IMG/VR virus record: IMGVR_UViG_3300022745_000002
Coordinates: 1 to 62,304 of that record
DNA: 62,304 nt
From: a virus
Reading direction: 5' to 3' (one strand)
Shown: positions 29,745 to 38,467 of the stretch, piece by piece
Layout of the letters: each line of letters starts with the position of its first letter
Position numbering within the stretch: the first letter of the stretch is position 1
Position numbers and translations under genes: made by a program
The notes under the pieces: model-generated
The model's database searches: none
Told to the model about the DNA's origin: nothing
The model's input: the letters and a program-made list of their open reading frames with translations, nothing else

Positions 29745-32135
29745 ATGGCTGGCCTCGTACCCGGGCATAACATCCGCCTCGACGACCATAGCGATCGCGC
29801 GCCGGGCGAACCGTCGCCGGTCGATGTCATCGTGCAGGAAGACCCGGAAGATCCCGCGCAGGACCGCGAAATACGCGACAACAAGGGCCAGCTCCTGCGC
29901 ATCGAGCACCCCGACGGCTCGATCACGATCTCGACCAGCGGCGGCCCGATCCAAGACGAGAACGAAGAAGACGACCCGAACCCCAAGAACTGGTTCGCCA
30001 ACCTCGCGGGCAAGATCCCCGAGATGCAGGCTGGCGCGATCGTCGAAAAGCTCATGCGCGGCATCCAAGAGGACATCACCAGCCGCAGCGACTGGATCAG
30101 CCAGCGCACCGAGGCCATGAAGATGCTCGGCCTCAAGATCGAGACACCGGACACGGGCGACAGCGCCGACGGTGCGGCCGTCGAAGGCATGAGCCGCGTG
30201 CGCCATCCGTTGATGCTCGAGGCCGTGCTGCGCTTTCAGGCGAACGCCATGGCCGAGCTCATGCCGGTCGACGGTCCGGTGAAGATCCGCGACGACAACG
30301 TCAACAGCACCAACGCCGAGGACGACCTCGCCGACGCCCTGCAGAAGGATTTCAATCACTTCCTCACGGTGACGGACAAGAGCTACTACCCCGACACCGA
30401 CCGCATGTTGCTGCGCTTCGGCTTCGGCGGGCTGGCCTACAAGAAGGTCTACTTCTCGCCGATCCACAACCGGCCGACCAGCGAGTATGTCGATGCCGAC
30501 GCACTGGTCGTGAACAGCAACGCCGTCGACCTGTCGAGCGCCAAGCGCGTCACGCACATCATCATGATGCCGCCGTCGCTGGTGCGGCGCATGCAGATCC
30601 TCGGTGTCTATCGCGACGTATCGCTCACGACGCCGAACGCACCCTCGGCCGACCCGATGAAGGCGGCGGTCAAGGAGCAGGAAGGCATCTCGCCCGACAC
30701 CACGCAGCCCGACGACCGCGATCGCGAGATCTACGAATGCTACTGCGAGCTCGACCTGCCCGGGTTCGAGCACCAGTGGCGCGGCAAGCCCTCGGGGCTC
30801 GAGGTGCCGTACCGCGTCACGATCGACGTCTCCTCGCGCCAGCTCCTGTCTCTGGTACGCGACTATGATCGCGACACCGCCGACCTGCCCGTGCGCCGCG
30901 AGACCTTCGTCGAGTACGTCTTCGTGCCGGGCTTCGGCTACTACCCGATCGGCCTTGCGCAGATCCTCGGCAACACCACGAACGCCGTCACGGCCGCATG
31001 GCGCATCATGCTCGACAACGGCATGTTCGCGAATTTCCCGGGTGGCCTGATCTCCAAGGCGGCCGGGCGGCAGAACACCAATATCCAGCGCGTGCCACCG
31101 GGCAGCTTCGTGCCGGTCGAGACCAACGGCATGCCGATCGGCGATGCCGTGCACCCGCTGCCGTACAACTCGCAGGGCATGCCCGCGATGATGTCGCTGA
31201 CCGACAACATGGTCGCGCAGGGCCAACGCGTCGGCGCCACGAGCGAGCAGCCGGTCGGCGAAGGGCGACAGGACGCACCGGTCGGCACGACGCTGGCGCT
31301 GATCGAGCAGGCGCAGAAGGTGCTCAACTCGGTGCACAAGCGCATGCACAGCGCGCAGGCGCGCGAGCTGCAGCTGCTGGCCAAGTGTTTCAAGGAGCAC
31401 CCGGAGAGCTTCTGGCAGCAGAACCGCACGCCTGCGCATCAATGGGACGAACAGACCTTCCTCAAGGCGCTCAGCAATTCCAACCTCGTGCCGCAGTCCG
31501 ACCCGAACACCGCGAGCCAAGTGCAGCGCCTGATGAAGCTCGGCGCGCTAATCATGCTCGCTGAGAAGAACCCGTCGCTCTACGACCCGATTGCCATTGC
31601 GCGCGCCGCCGTCAAGGCGCTGGGCTACAGCAACGCCGAGCAGTTCCTCGCGCCGCCCGCGAGCCAAGGCAAGCCGACGCCCGAACAGCAGAAGGATCAG
31701 GCCGACACCGCCATCAAGAAGGCGCTCGCCGACGCGCAGACGCTGCGCGCGCAGAACGAGGCGAAGAAGACCGATGCCGAGATCGGCAAGATGCAGCAGG
31801 ACATGGGCCTCGCAGGTGCGCGCCTCAAGCTCGACACCGAAAGCACGCAGACCAAGGACAAGGTCGCGGTGGCCACGGCGCACCTCAACGCCGCGCTCAA
31901 GAACAAGGAGCTCGATCAGGATACCAGCAAGGAGCTGGTGGCTGAGAGCGTGCAGCTGATCGACGTCGCGCAGAACCTCGCCGTGCATCCCGAGAGCGCG
32001 CACATGGTCGGCCCGCTGATCCAGCCCGCCCTCGAGGACGTGCTTCGCCGTCGCAAGGAGCAGGACCAGAAACAGAAAGGTGGCGGCGATCTCGGCGCTG
32101 CCGCGATACCGATCCCCGAGGAGCCCGCGCAATGA
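29745..32135 (+). CDS. Portal protein (by size and position)
   Basis: 796 aa, first large gene after terL. Acidic N- and C-terminal extensions. No motif verified. Confidence 0.7.
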   Translation: MAGLVPGHNIRLDDHSDRAPGEPSPVDVIVQEDPEDPAQDREIRDNKGQLLRIEHPDGSITISTSGGPIQDENEEDDPNPKNWFANLAGKIPEMQAGAIVEKLMRGIQEDITSRSDWISQRTEAMKMLGLKIETPDTGDSADGAAVEGMSRVRHPLMLEAVLRFQANAMAELMPVDGPVKIRDDNVNSTNAEDDLADALQKDFNHFLTVTDKSYYPDTDRMLLRFGFGGLAYKKVYFSPIHNRPTSEYVDADALVVNSNAVDLSSAKRVTHIIMMPPSLVRRMQILGVYRDVSLTTPNAPSADPMKAAVKEQEGISPDTTQPDDRDREIYECYCELDLPGFEHQWRGKPSGLEVPYRVTIDVSSRQLLSLVRDYDRDTADLPVRRETFVEYVFVPGFGYYPIGLAQILGNTTNAVTAAWRIMLDNGMFANFPGGLISKAAGRQNTNIQRVPPGSFVPVETNGMPIGDAVHPLPYNSQGMPAMMSLTDNMVAQGQRVGATSEQPVGEGRQDAPVGTTLALIEQAQKVLNSVHKRMHSAQARELQLLAKCFKEHPESFWQQNRTPAHQWDEQTFLKALSNSNLVPQSDPNTASQVQRLMKLGALIMLAEKNPSLYDPIAIARAAVKALGYSNAEQFLAPPASQGKPTPEQQKDQADTAIKKALADAQTLRAQNEAKKTDAEIGKMQQDMGLAGARLKLDTESTQTKDKVAVATAHLNAALKNKELDQDTSKELVAESVQLIDVAQNLAVHPESAHMVGPLIQPALEDVLRRRKEQDQKQKGGGDLGAAAIPIPEEPAQ

Positions 32136-33409
32136 CCTCGTCAGCCTTGAAGAGCGCGTTGCGCACGGCGTCCACGATCCGTCCGGTCAAGTTGGCGACA
32201 GGCGGCACTGCCGGGGAGCTGCAGAACCTGCGCCAGACCGACACGGGCGAGACGTCAGTGTCCAGTCTAGCCGACGCTTTCTCCCGCGCGATCGCGCACC
32301 ACACGTCGCTGCCGCAAAACGAGCGCATCGCCAACAGCAAGATGGCCGCACAGAAGGTCGGCCAGCACGCGGGCTTCTACACGAACAAGGGCGTGCCGAC
32401 CAACAAGCCCTTCTCGCTGCTCGGCAAGAACCAGAAGCTGACCAAGACCGAGGAAGGTTACGAGGGCGGTAAGCCGGTCACGTTGCCAAACGGCCAGCCG
32501 ATCGCAGCGGCGGGCGTATCGTTGTCCCCCGCGCAGCAATTCGGCAAGTTCAATACCTGCCCGAATAGCGCGATCTGCAAGGACGACTGCCTCGGCAAGA
32601 CAGCGGGCGGCAACTTCCTCTACGGCGGCGCGCACGATCTCACGGCCATGAAGGGCCCGCGACTGGTCGGCTACAACAAGACCAAGGCGCTCGTGCACGA
32701 GCCCGAGGCTTTTGCCACGCGTCTCTATGACGAAATCGAGGCACGCAAGCGGCTGGCGGCCAAGGAAGGCAAGCATCTCGGCGTGCGCCTGAACGTCGTC
32801 TCGGATCTGCACCCGCGCATCACGCAGGCGGTGATCAAGGCGCACCCCGACGTCACCTTCTACGACTACACCAAGCTCAACGCCGACCCCGTGGCGCCGA
32901 ACCACCACCTCACCTACTCGTCGACCGGCGTCACCCAGTACAAGGGTGAGAACGGGCTCGAGCATGACGTCATGAACCCGCACAGCAACTGGCGTTCGAT
33001 GCGCAAGCGGCTCGACACGGGCAGCAACGTCGCGATGGCGTTCACGCACGGTGCGCACCTGCCCGAGGTCGTGCACGACAAGGAGACCGGCAAGACCTAT
33101 CAGGTGGTGAACGGCGACACGCATGACTTCCGGCCGCTCGACAAGCAGGAACCGGGCAAGCCGGGCGTCGTGATCGGCCTGAAGAACAAGAACATGATGA
33201 CCAAGTCGGCGGCGGCGCACGGTACGGCGGCGAAGAACAGCAACGGCTTCTTCGTGCACTACGATCCGCAGCTCAAGGTGCTGGCCAAGGGCCAGAAGGC
33301 CGTGCCGACCAACAAGTCCGTGACGATCGCGACGCAACCGGGCCGCAGCGTGACGCGCGGCGACGAGATGATGGGCCACAACGGTGGCCCGTTGCTGGGT
33401 AAGGAGTAG
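32132..33409 (+). CDS. Cys-cluster protein resembling the phage GP88 family
   Basis: FNTCPNSAICKDDCLGKTAGGNF, VRLNVVSD, FYDYTKL and NGDTHDFRPLD. Family assignment is from memory and needs HMM confirmation. Confidence 0.75.
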   Translation: MTSSALKSALRTASTIRPVKLATGGTAGELQNLRQTDTGETSVSSLADAFSRAIAHHTSLPQNERIANSKMAAQKVGQHAGFYTNKGVPTNKPFSLLGKNQKLTKTEEGYEGGKPVTLPNGQPIAAAGVSLSPAQQFGKFNTCPNSAICKDDCLGKTAGGNFLYGGAHDLTAMKGPRLVGYNKTKALVHEPEAFATRLYDEIEARKRLAAKEGKHLGVRLNVVSDLHPRITQAVIKAHPDVTFYDYTKLNADPVAPNHHLTYSSTGVTQYKGENGLEHDVMNPHSNWRSMRKRLDTGSNVAMAFTHGAHLPEVVHDKETGKTYQVVNGDTHDFRPLDKQEPGKPGVVIGLKNKNMMTKSAAAHGTAAKNSNGFFVHYDPQLKVLAKGQKAVPTNKSVTIATQPGRSVTRGDEMMGHNGGPLLGKE

Positions 33410-33412
33410 GCG

Positions 33413-33610
33413 ATGACGACGCACAAGCTCGGTCGCGAGGCATTCGAGGCGCAGTTCCCGAACCACGACCACTACGTCGACAGCGACGACGTCGCGCACG
33501 CGGATCCCGAGTGGTACGAGATCCCGAAACCGGCGCCGATGCTGCGCGCCGCTGGCGGCCCGGTCGTCGACAAGGCGCTCGCGCTCGTGCGGGGCAAGCG
33601 CAGCGGCTGA
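33413..33610 (+). CDS. Small acidic protein (65 aa)
   Basis: Packed between two larger genes. Confidence 0.5.
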   Translation: MTTHKLGREAFEAQFPNHDHYVDSDDVAHADPEWYEIPKPAPMLRAAGGPVVDKALALVRGKRSG

Positions 33611-35724
33611 TGGGCGACCTCTACAAGCCCATGACGCCCGGCTACATCAAGCCGCTGGCGGCGCCCGACTACAGCAAGCCGGACGATCTCGGCCTGTACA
33701 GTCATGGCGCCGTGGTCGCGAGCAAGATGCCGATCGCCAAGGGCACGCCGCAACAGATCAAAGGCTACCTCACCAAGCAGGGCGTGAAGCCCGACGAGTT
33801 CAAGTGGTCGGGCTACGACGAGAAGCTCGGCGGCAAGAAGATGGTGACGCGCGAGGAAGTGGCGAAGCATTTCCACGAGAACAAGCCCGCGATCACGGAA
33901 GAAGTGCTGGGCGACGATCCCGGCGCACGCGAGTGGCAGACTGACGGGCCGACAAAGTACAGCTCGTACGTGCTACCCGGCGACAGGAACTATCGCGAGC
34001 ACGTGCTGACGCTGCCTAACACAGCTTTCGAGAAAGAACATGCCGCGATTGAAAACCGTTTTGCCCGCGCGCGTCGCGAGGCAGCTGAACGGCTATCCGC
34101 GCTGAAGAAATTGGCGGAAGAACACGGCAACGAGCATCCTGTTACGTCAGAGGCGTTCAGAAAATACGCCGAAGCGGCCAAGGCTGAAAGTGATCTATCA
34201 GCTGCGCTGGAAGCAAGTCATCGCAAAGGAGCTTCCTCGCTGTACCAGTCAACGCATTGGGAGCAGCCCAATGTGCTCGCGCATCTGCGGCTCAGCGATC
34301 GCCCATATTCAATGGAAAAAGGCGAACGCGACGAAACAGGACATCGGCGCACCAACTTGAAGGCACTGCATCTCGAGGAGTTGCAGAGCGACTGGGCGCA
34401 AAAAGGGCGGGAACACGGTTTTAAGTCCGCGCCGCTCAATGAGACAGAACGTCTCGAATTGTCGCGCATGACCGACCCGCTAGCCCACGGGTTGCCTGAA
34501 AATCATCCGATAGATTGGACGCGTCGCGATGAACTGGAAGCGCGCGCAAACGAAGCGTCGCACGATAAAAAACCGCCACACGCGCCCTATGTCGACAGCA
34601 CTTCCAAGTGGGTCGACCTCGGCCTGAAGCGCGCGCTCTACGAAGCGGCGAAGGGCGGCTACCACAAGCTCGTGATCACGCCGGGCGAGGAGCAGGCGAA
34701 GCGCTACGACCTGTCGAAGCACATCAGCAAGATTCACTACGACAAGGACACGAAGAATCTTGTCGCTTACGATCATAGTGGCCAACCAACTTTGGATAGC
34801 ACTGCGACGCCGGAAGAACTGCACAAGCACATTGGCAAGGAAGCAGCAGAAAAATTGTTGCAGGCACCTGCTGGCGGCGGCTTCCAACACGAGCTTTCAG
34901 GCGTTGACCTCAAGGTCGGCGGCGAAGGCATGAAGGCCTTCTACGATCGCATGCTGCCGCAGGCGCTGCAGAAACTGGCGCAGCGGCACGACCCGGCAGC
35001 CGAGGTGAAGCTGCACGGGCACGATCTCACTGCGTCCAAGCATCCTAAATGGGCTCCTGCAGCCTTGCATGAAAATTCAGTTGAGCATGGCCACGGCCGC
35101 TCGGTGCCGCTGCATTCGCTCGACATCACGCCGAAGATGCGCGCGAGCATCCTGAAGGGTCACGCGCATTTCGAAACCGGTGGCGCGGTCGAGGGCTATG
35201 CGCGCGGCGGCGCGGTCAATCACAATCCGACCGAGGCGCAGAAGGCGGCTGGCAACTACGCCAAGAAGCACATCAGCTTCCAAGGCCTGCAGATCGCGAT
35301 CGAGAACGAGAAGGGCTCGATCCGCAAAGGCAAGAGCGCGAACGGCCACCAGTGGCGCTGCGTGCTGCCCGCCGACTACGGCTACCTCAAGGGCACGGTC
35401 GGCGCCGACAAGGATCACGTCGACTGCTACGTCGGCCCCGACAAGGACAGCCACATCGTCTTCGTCGTGAACCAGCACGTGCCCGGCAAGGGCTTCGACG
35501 AGCACAAGGTCATGCTCGGCTTCAAGACCGAGGAAGACGCGCTATGTTGCTACGTGGCCGCGTTTTCCGACGGGTTTGGCGCCAAGCGCATCGGCTCCGT
35601 CGAGACCATGTCCCTTGACGGCTTCAAGAAGTGGTTGCATCGTGGCCGCACTACAAAACCTGTAGCGCCGGGGTCGGTCGTCGACCATGCGATGCGGCTG
35701 GTGGCTAAAGGAGCAAGCGCATGA
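33610..35724 (+). CDS. Multi-domain polyvalent-type virion cargo protein with a C-terminal inorganic-pyrophosphatase-like domain
   Basis: LPADYGYLKGTVGADKDHVDCYVGPD...VFVVNQ...FDEHKVMLGF resembles the family I PPase core (Y..NYG.IP.T..GDGDPLD.LV). TGATG overlap start. An internal AT-richer segment spans roughly 34000-34900. Confidence 0.8.
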   Translation: MGDLYKPMTPGYIKPLAAPDYSKPDDLGLYSHGAVVASKMPIAKGTPQQIKGYLTKQGVKPDEFKWSGYDEKLGGKKMVTREEVAKHFHENKPAITEEVLGDDPGAREWQTDGPTKYSSYVLPGDRNYREHVLTLPNTAFEKEHAAIENRFARARREAAERLSALKKLAEEHGNEHPVTSEAFRKYAEAAKAESDLSAALEASHRKGASSLYQSTHWEQPNVLAHLRLSDRPYSMEKGERDETGHRRTNLKALHLEELQSDWAQKGREHGFKSAPLNETERLELSRMTDPLAHGLPENHPIDWTRRDELEARANEASHDKKPPHAPYVDSTSKWVDLGLKRALYEAAKGGYHKLVITPGEEQAKRYDLSKHISKIHYDKDTKNLVAYDHSGQPTLDSTATPEELHKHIGKEAAEKLLQAPAGGGFQHELSGVDLKVGGEGMKAFYDRMLPQALQKLAQRHDPAAEVKLHGHDLTASKHPKWAPAALHENSVEHGHGRSVPLHSLDITPKMRASILKGHAHFETGGAVEGYARGGAVNHNPTEAQKAAGNYAKKHISFQGLQIAIENEKGSIRKGKSANGHQWRCVLPADYGYLKGTVGADKDHVDCYVGPDKDSHIVFVVNQHVPGKGFDEHKVMLGFKTEEDALCCYVAAFSDGFGAKRIGSVETMSLDGFKKWLHRGRTTKPVAPGSVVDHAMRLVAKGASA

Positions 35725-36872
35725 GTGAGATGTCCCGTAAGGCCCGCGCCGCCATGCGCGCGAAGGCCAATCGTATGGGCGGCGGCGGCACTGGCCGGGA
35801 TCCGAGCCACAAGGTCGACGCGTCCGGCTGGACGCCGCCCGAGCCGCTCAACACCACGGCCAAGACCGGCGCCCGGCCGGTTCGAGCTCGCATCTACAAG
35901 GCGGGCGGCAAGGTTCAAGGCGATCGCGGCCCGCGTCGCAGCGATCGCAAGGCGCGCAAGAGCGGGGGCGCCGTGGTCGACGACTACATCAATCGCGACG
36001 GCGTCGCGGCCAACGCCAAGCTCGGCAAGCCGCACGAGGGCGCTTTCAAGAAGGGCGGCGCAGCCAAGAGTGGCACCTACTACGGCGGCACGCGCCCGAC
36101 CGGTGGGCGCATGCCGCACGCGCGCGGCGGTAGCACCTACGCCTCGCACGACGACAAGCCGAACTTGCGGCTCGTGAAGACGCATACGGGCGAGAACGGG
36201 CACGTCACCAAGGTCTATAAGGACAAGGATTGGGGCGAGTACCGGGTCAAGCACTTCGTGAACGGCGAGCACCAGTCGAAGGCCGACTACCACACCGACG
36301 ACGTGTCTGATGCGCACAGCACGGCGCAGGCGATGATGCGGCGCGCCACGGGGGCCAAGGACCCCAACCGCAAGCCGGGCGACAGCGTCGTTCGCTTCAG
36401 CAACAAGACCGACCAGTACAAGCGCGGCGGTGCCGCCGCGAAGAAAGAATACTGTCCGCACTGCGATGTGGCCTATCCCGACGAAGATGCGCTGAAGTGC
36501 AGTTCTTGCGGTAAAAGCCGCAATGAAGAGCGTAGTGGTCGTGCCATGGGTGGCCGTGCCAAGAAGGGCAAGACCAACATCAACATCCACATCAACACGC
36601 CCCAGCAGGGCGCTGGTGCGATGCCGGTGCCGCCGATGGGCATGCCGATGAAGCCGCCGCAGACGCCGCCGCCCCCGATGCCGCAGGGCGGCCCGGGCGG
36701 CGCGCCGCCGATGGGCCTTGCGGGCGGCATGCCGCCCGGCGCCCCGCCGATGCCGCCGGGCATGCCGCGCAAGCGCGGCGGGCGCGCGGGCTTCCCGCAC
36801 ATGACAGCCGGTGCCGCTTCCGGTCTCGGCCGTCTGGAGAAGACCAAAATTCAGGAAAACTCGCGTCGGTAG
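35721..36872 (+). CDS. Basic Gly/Pro-rich virion-module protein with reiterated basic-x-GG motifs and a Cys4 finger
   Basis: YKAGGKV, RKSGGAV, FKKGGAA, HARGGST, YKRGGAA, AMGGRAK and RKRGGRAG. CPHC...CSSC. PPMGMPMKPPQTPPPPMP tract. Confidence 0.75.
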   Translation: MSEMSRKARAAMRAKANRMGGGGTGRDPSHKVDASGWTPPEPLNTTAKTGARPVRARIYKAGGKVQGDRGPRRSDRKARKSGGAVVDDYINRDGVAANAKLGKPHEGAFKKGGAAKSGTYYGGTRPTGGRMPHARGGSTYASHDDKPNLRLVKTHTGENGHVTKVYKDKDWGEYRVKHFVNGEHQSKADYHTDDVSDAHSTAQAMMRRATGAKDPNRKPGDSVVRFSNKTDQYKRGGAAAKKEYCPHCDVAYPDEDALKCSSCGKSRNEERSGRAMGGRAKKGKTNINIHINTPQQGAGAMPVPPMGMPMKPPQTPPPPMPQGGPGGAPPMGLAGGMPPGAPPMPPGMPRKRGGRAGFPHMTAGAASGLGRLEKTKIQENSRR

Positions 36873-36965
36873 TCTGGCTTGGCCACTGGCGAGAGCGGGG
36901 CGGCGCGGTTCGGCTCCTCCCTTACTGCGCCGCTCCAACCAACTAACGCCGAGGAGGGCGTGAAG

Positions 36966-37169
36966 GTGACACAACAGACTTTCAACATGCGTCTCGAGGA
37001 CGTTGCGCAGAAACGTCTCGACGCGGGCATCCAGTCCATCAAGGACACGATGGGCGCTGGCATGATCAAGGATCATGCCGAATACAAGTATCAGGCTGGC
37101 CTTCTTGCCGGTCTCGATCGAGCGAAGCTGATCCTTCGCGACGCACTGGCCGAATGCCAGAAACACTGA
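36966..37169 (+). CDS. Hypothetical protein (67 aa, GTG start 8 nt after AGGAGG)
   Basis: The track ORF begins at 36879. Start chosen on ribosome-binding-site spacing. Confidence 0.5.
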   Translation: MTQQTFNMRLEDVAQKRLDAGIQSIKDTMGAGMIKDHAEYKYQAGLLAGLDRAKLILRDALAECQKH

Positions 37170-37183
37170 GGAGAGTGAACTAG

Positions 37184-37570
37184 ATGACTGCGGCTATCCG
37201 AATGCAGCACGACAAGGATCCCGCGACGGCGATCCACGAGCAGCTGGGTGACATCGACGATGTCGACGTCTTCAACGATCGCATCCTGCTCGCGATCTAC
37301 GAGCGGCCCGAGCAGACCAAGGGCGGCGTGATCCTGACCCAGACCTCGCGTGCCGAAGACCAGTTTCAGGGCAAGGCGGCCATGATCGTGAAGATGGGTC
37401 CGGTCGCCGTGCTCAAGGCCGAGGATCGCGGCGGTGCGCTCAACGTCGGCGACTGGGTGGCGATCCGCCCGAGCGACGGGTGGCCCGTGCGCATCAACAA
37501 GCAGATGTGCAGGCTGGTGTCCGAGAAGGACGTCCACCTGCGCATCGCAAGCCCGGATATGGCGTGGTAG
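37184..37570 (+). CDS. GroES/Cpn10-like co-chaperonin fold protein
   Basis: DRILLAIYERPEQTKGGVILTQTS...GKAAMIVKMGP...VGDWVAIRPSDG aligns by eye with GroES [24 protein letters not shown]...GEVLAVGNG...VGDIVIFNDGYG. Confidence 0.75.
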   Translation: MTAAIRMQHDKDPATAIHEQLGDIDDVDVFNDRILLAIYERPEQTKGGVILTQTSRAEDQFQGKAAMIVKMGPVAVLKAEDRGGALNVGDWVAIRPSDGWPVRINKQMCRLVSEKDVHLRIASPDMAW

Positions 37571-37580
37571 AGGAGCCAAC

Positions 37581-38456
37581 ATGACCCCAGCAGATGGCGA
37601 CGACAACGTGGATGACACCACGACGCAGGAACTGACGTCCGACGAGGGCGTCGAGCAGCTCAAGGCAAAGCTCGCCGAGGCCGACCGGCTTCGTCTCGCG
37701 GCCGAGGCACGTGCCGCGAGTGCGGAAGCGCGCGTCGAGCAGGCGCAGGACACCGTCGCGAGCAGCGAGCTCTCGATCATCGAGGGCGGCATCCAGCAGC
37801 TCACGACGAACAAGGAGATCCTGAAGGCGAACTACGCCACGGCGATGTCCGAGGGCAACTTCGCGCTGGCCTCCGAGATCAACGCCGAGATGGCGAAGAA
37901 CGCGGCCCAGCTGCTCAACCTCGAGAACGGCAAGATCGCGATCGAGACGCGGCCCAAGCGCGAGGAACGCCGGGCGGCCGTGCAGAGCAACGACCCGGTC
38001 GAGGTGCTGGCGAGCCGGCTGGCGCCGCAGTCGGCGGCATGGATCCGGGCGCATCCCGAGTATGCGCGCGACCCGAAGAAGAACGCCAAGATGATGGGCG
38101 CGCACTACAAGGCGCTCGCCGAGGAACTGGCGCCGAACAGCCCCGAATACTTCGCCTTCGTCGAGAAGGATCTCGGCATCGGGCACAGCGACCAGCGGCG
38201 CTCGTCGCAGGACGACGACAACGACGACCTGCCGACCAGCCGAACGATCTCGCGTGCGGCCGAGGGGCAGTCCCGTCGGCAGAACGACGAGCCGCCCCCG
38301 GCGGCGTCCGGCCGCAACGGCAGCAACGGCGGCACCAAGACCGTGCGGCTGACGCCTGCGCAGGCCGAGGCCGCCAAGATCTCGGGCCTGACGCCCGAGG
38401 AGTATCACGCGTCGCTTCAGAAAGTGAAAAGCGACCCGCGTAACAAGCCCAACTGA
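37581..38456 (+). CDS. Scaffolding protein candidate
   Basis: Acidic, Ala/Glu-rich coiled coil (LKAKLAEADRLRLAAEARAASAEARVEQAQ) upstream of the capsid genes. GAGGAG ribosome-binding site. Confidence 0.6.
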   Translation: MTPADGDDNVDDTTTQELTSDEGVEQLKAKLAEADRLRLAAEARAASAEARVEQAQDTVASSELSIIEGGIQQLTTNKEILKANYATAMSEGNFALASEINAEMAKNAAQLLNLENGKIAIETRPKREERRAAVQSNDPVEVLASRLAPQSAAWIRAHPEYARDPKKNAKMMGAHYKALAEELAPNSPEYFAFVEKDLGIGHSDQRRSSQDDDNDDLPTSRTISRAAEGQSRRQNDEPPPAASGRNGSNGGTKTVRLTPAQAEAAKISGLTPEEYHASLQKVKSDPRNKPN

Positions 38457-38467
38457 GGAGCAAGCCC

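Noticed and set aside
29481-31520. 679-aa minus-strand ORF antisense to the portal gene
   Set aside because: A GC-rich antisense artefact with Arg/Ala/Leu/His-biased composition. The same applies to the long minus-strand ORFs at 54509..56977, 50006..52021, 35550..37166, 39283..40881, 41810..43135, 44166..45401, 32267..33499, 19831..21312 and 21546..22613.
36590-36800. Pro/Gly/Met-rich tract (PPMGMPMKPPQTPPPPMPQGGPGGAPPMG...) as a collagen-like or tandem nucleotide repeat
   Set aside because: There is no regular Gly-X-Y periodicity and no exact nucleotide tandem unit. I treat it as a low-complexity linker within the 383-aa protein.
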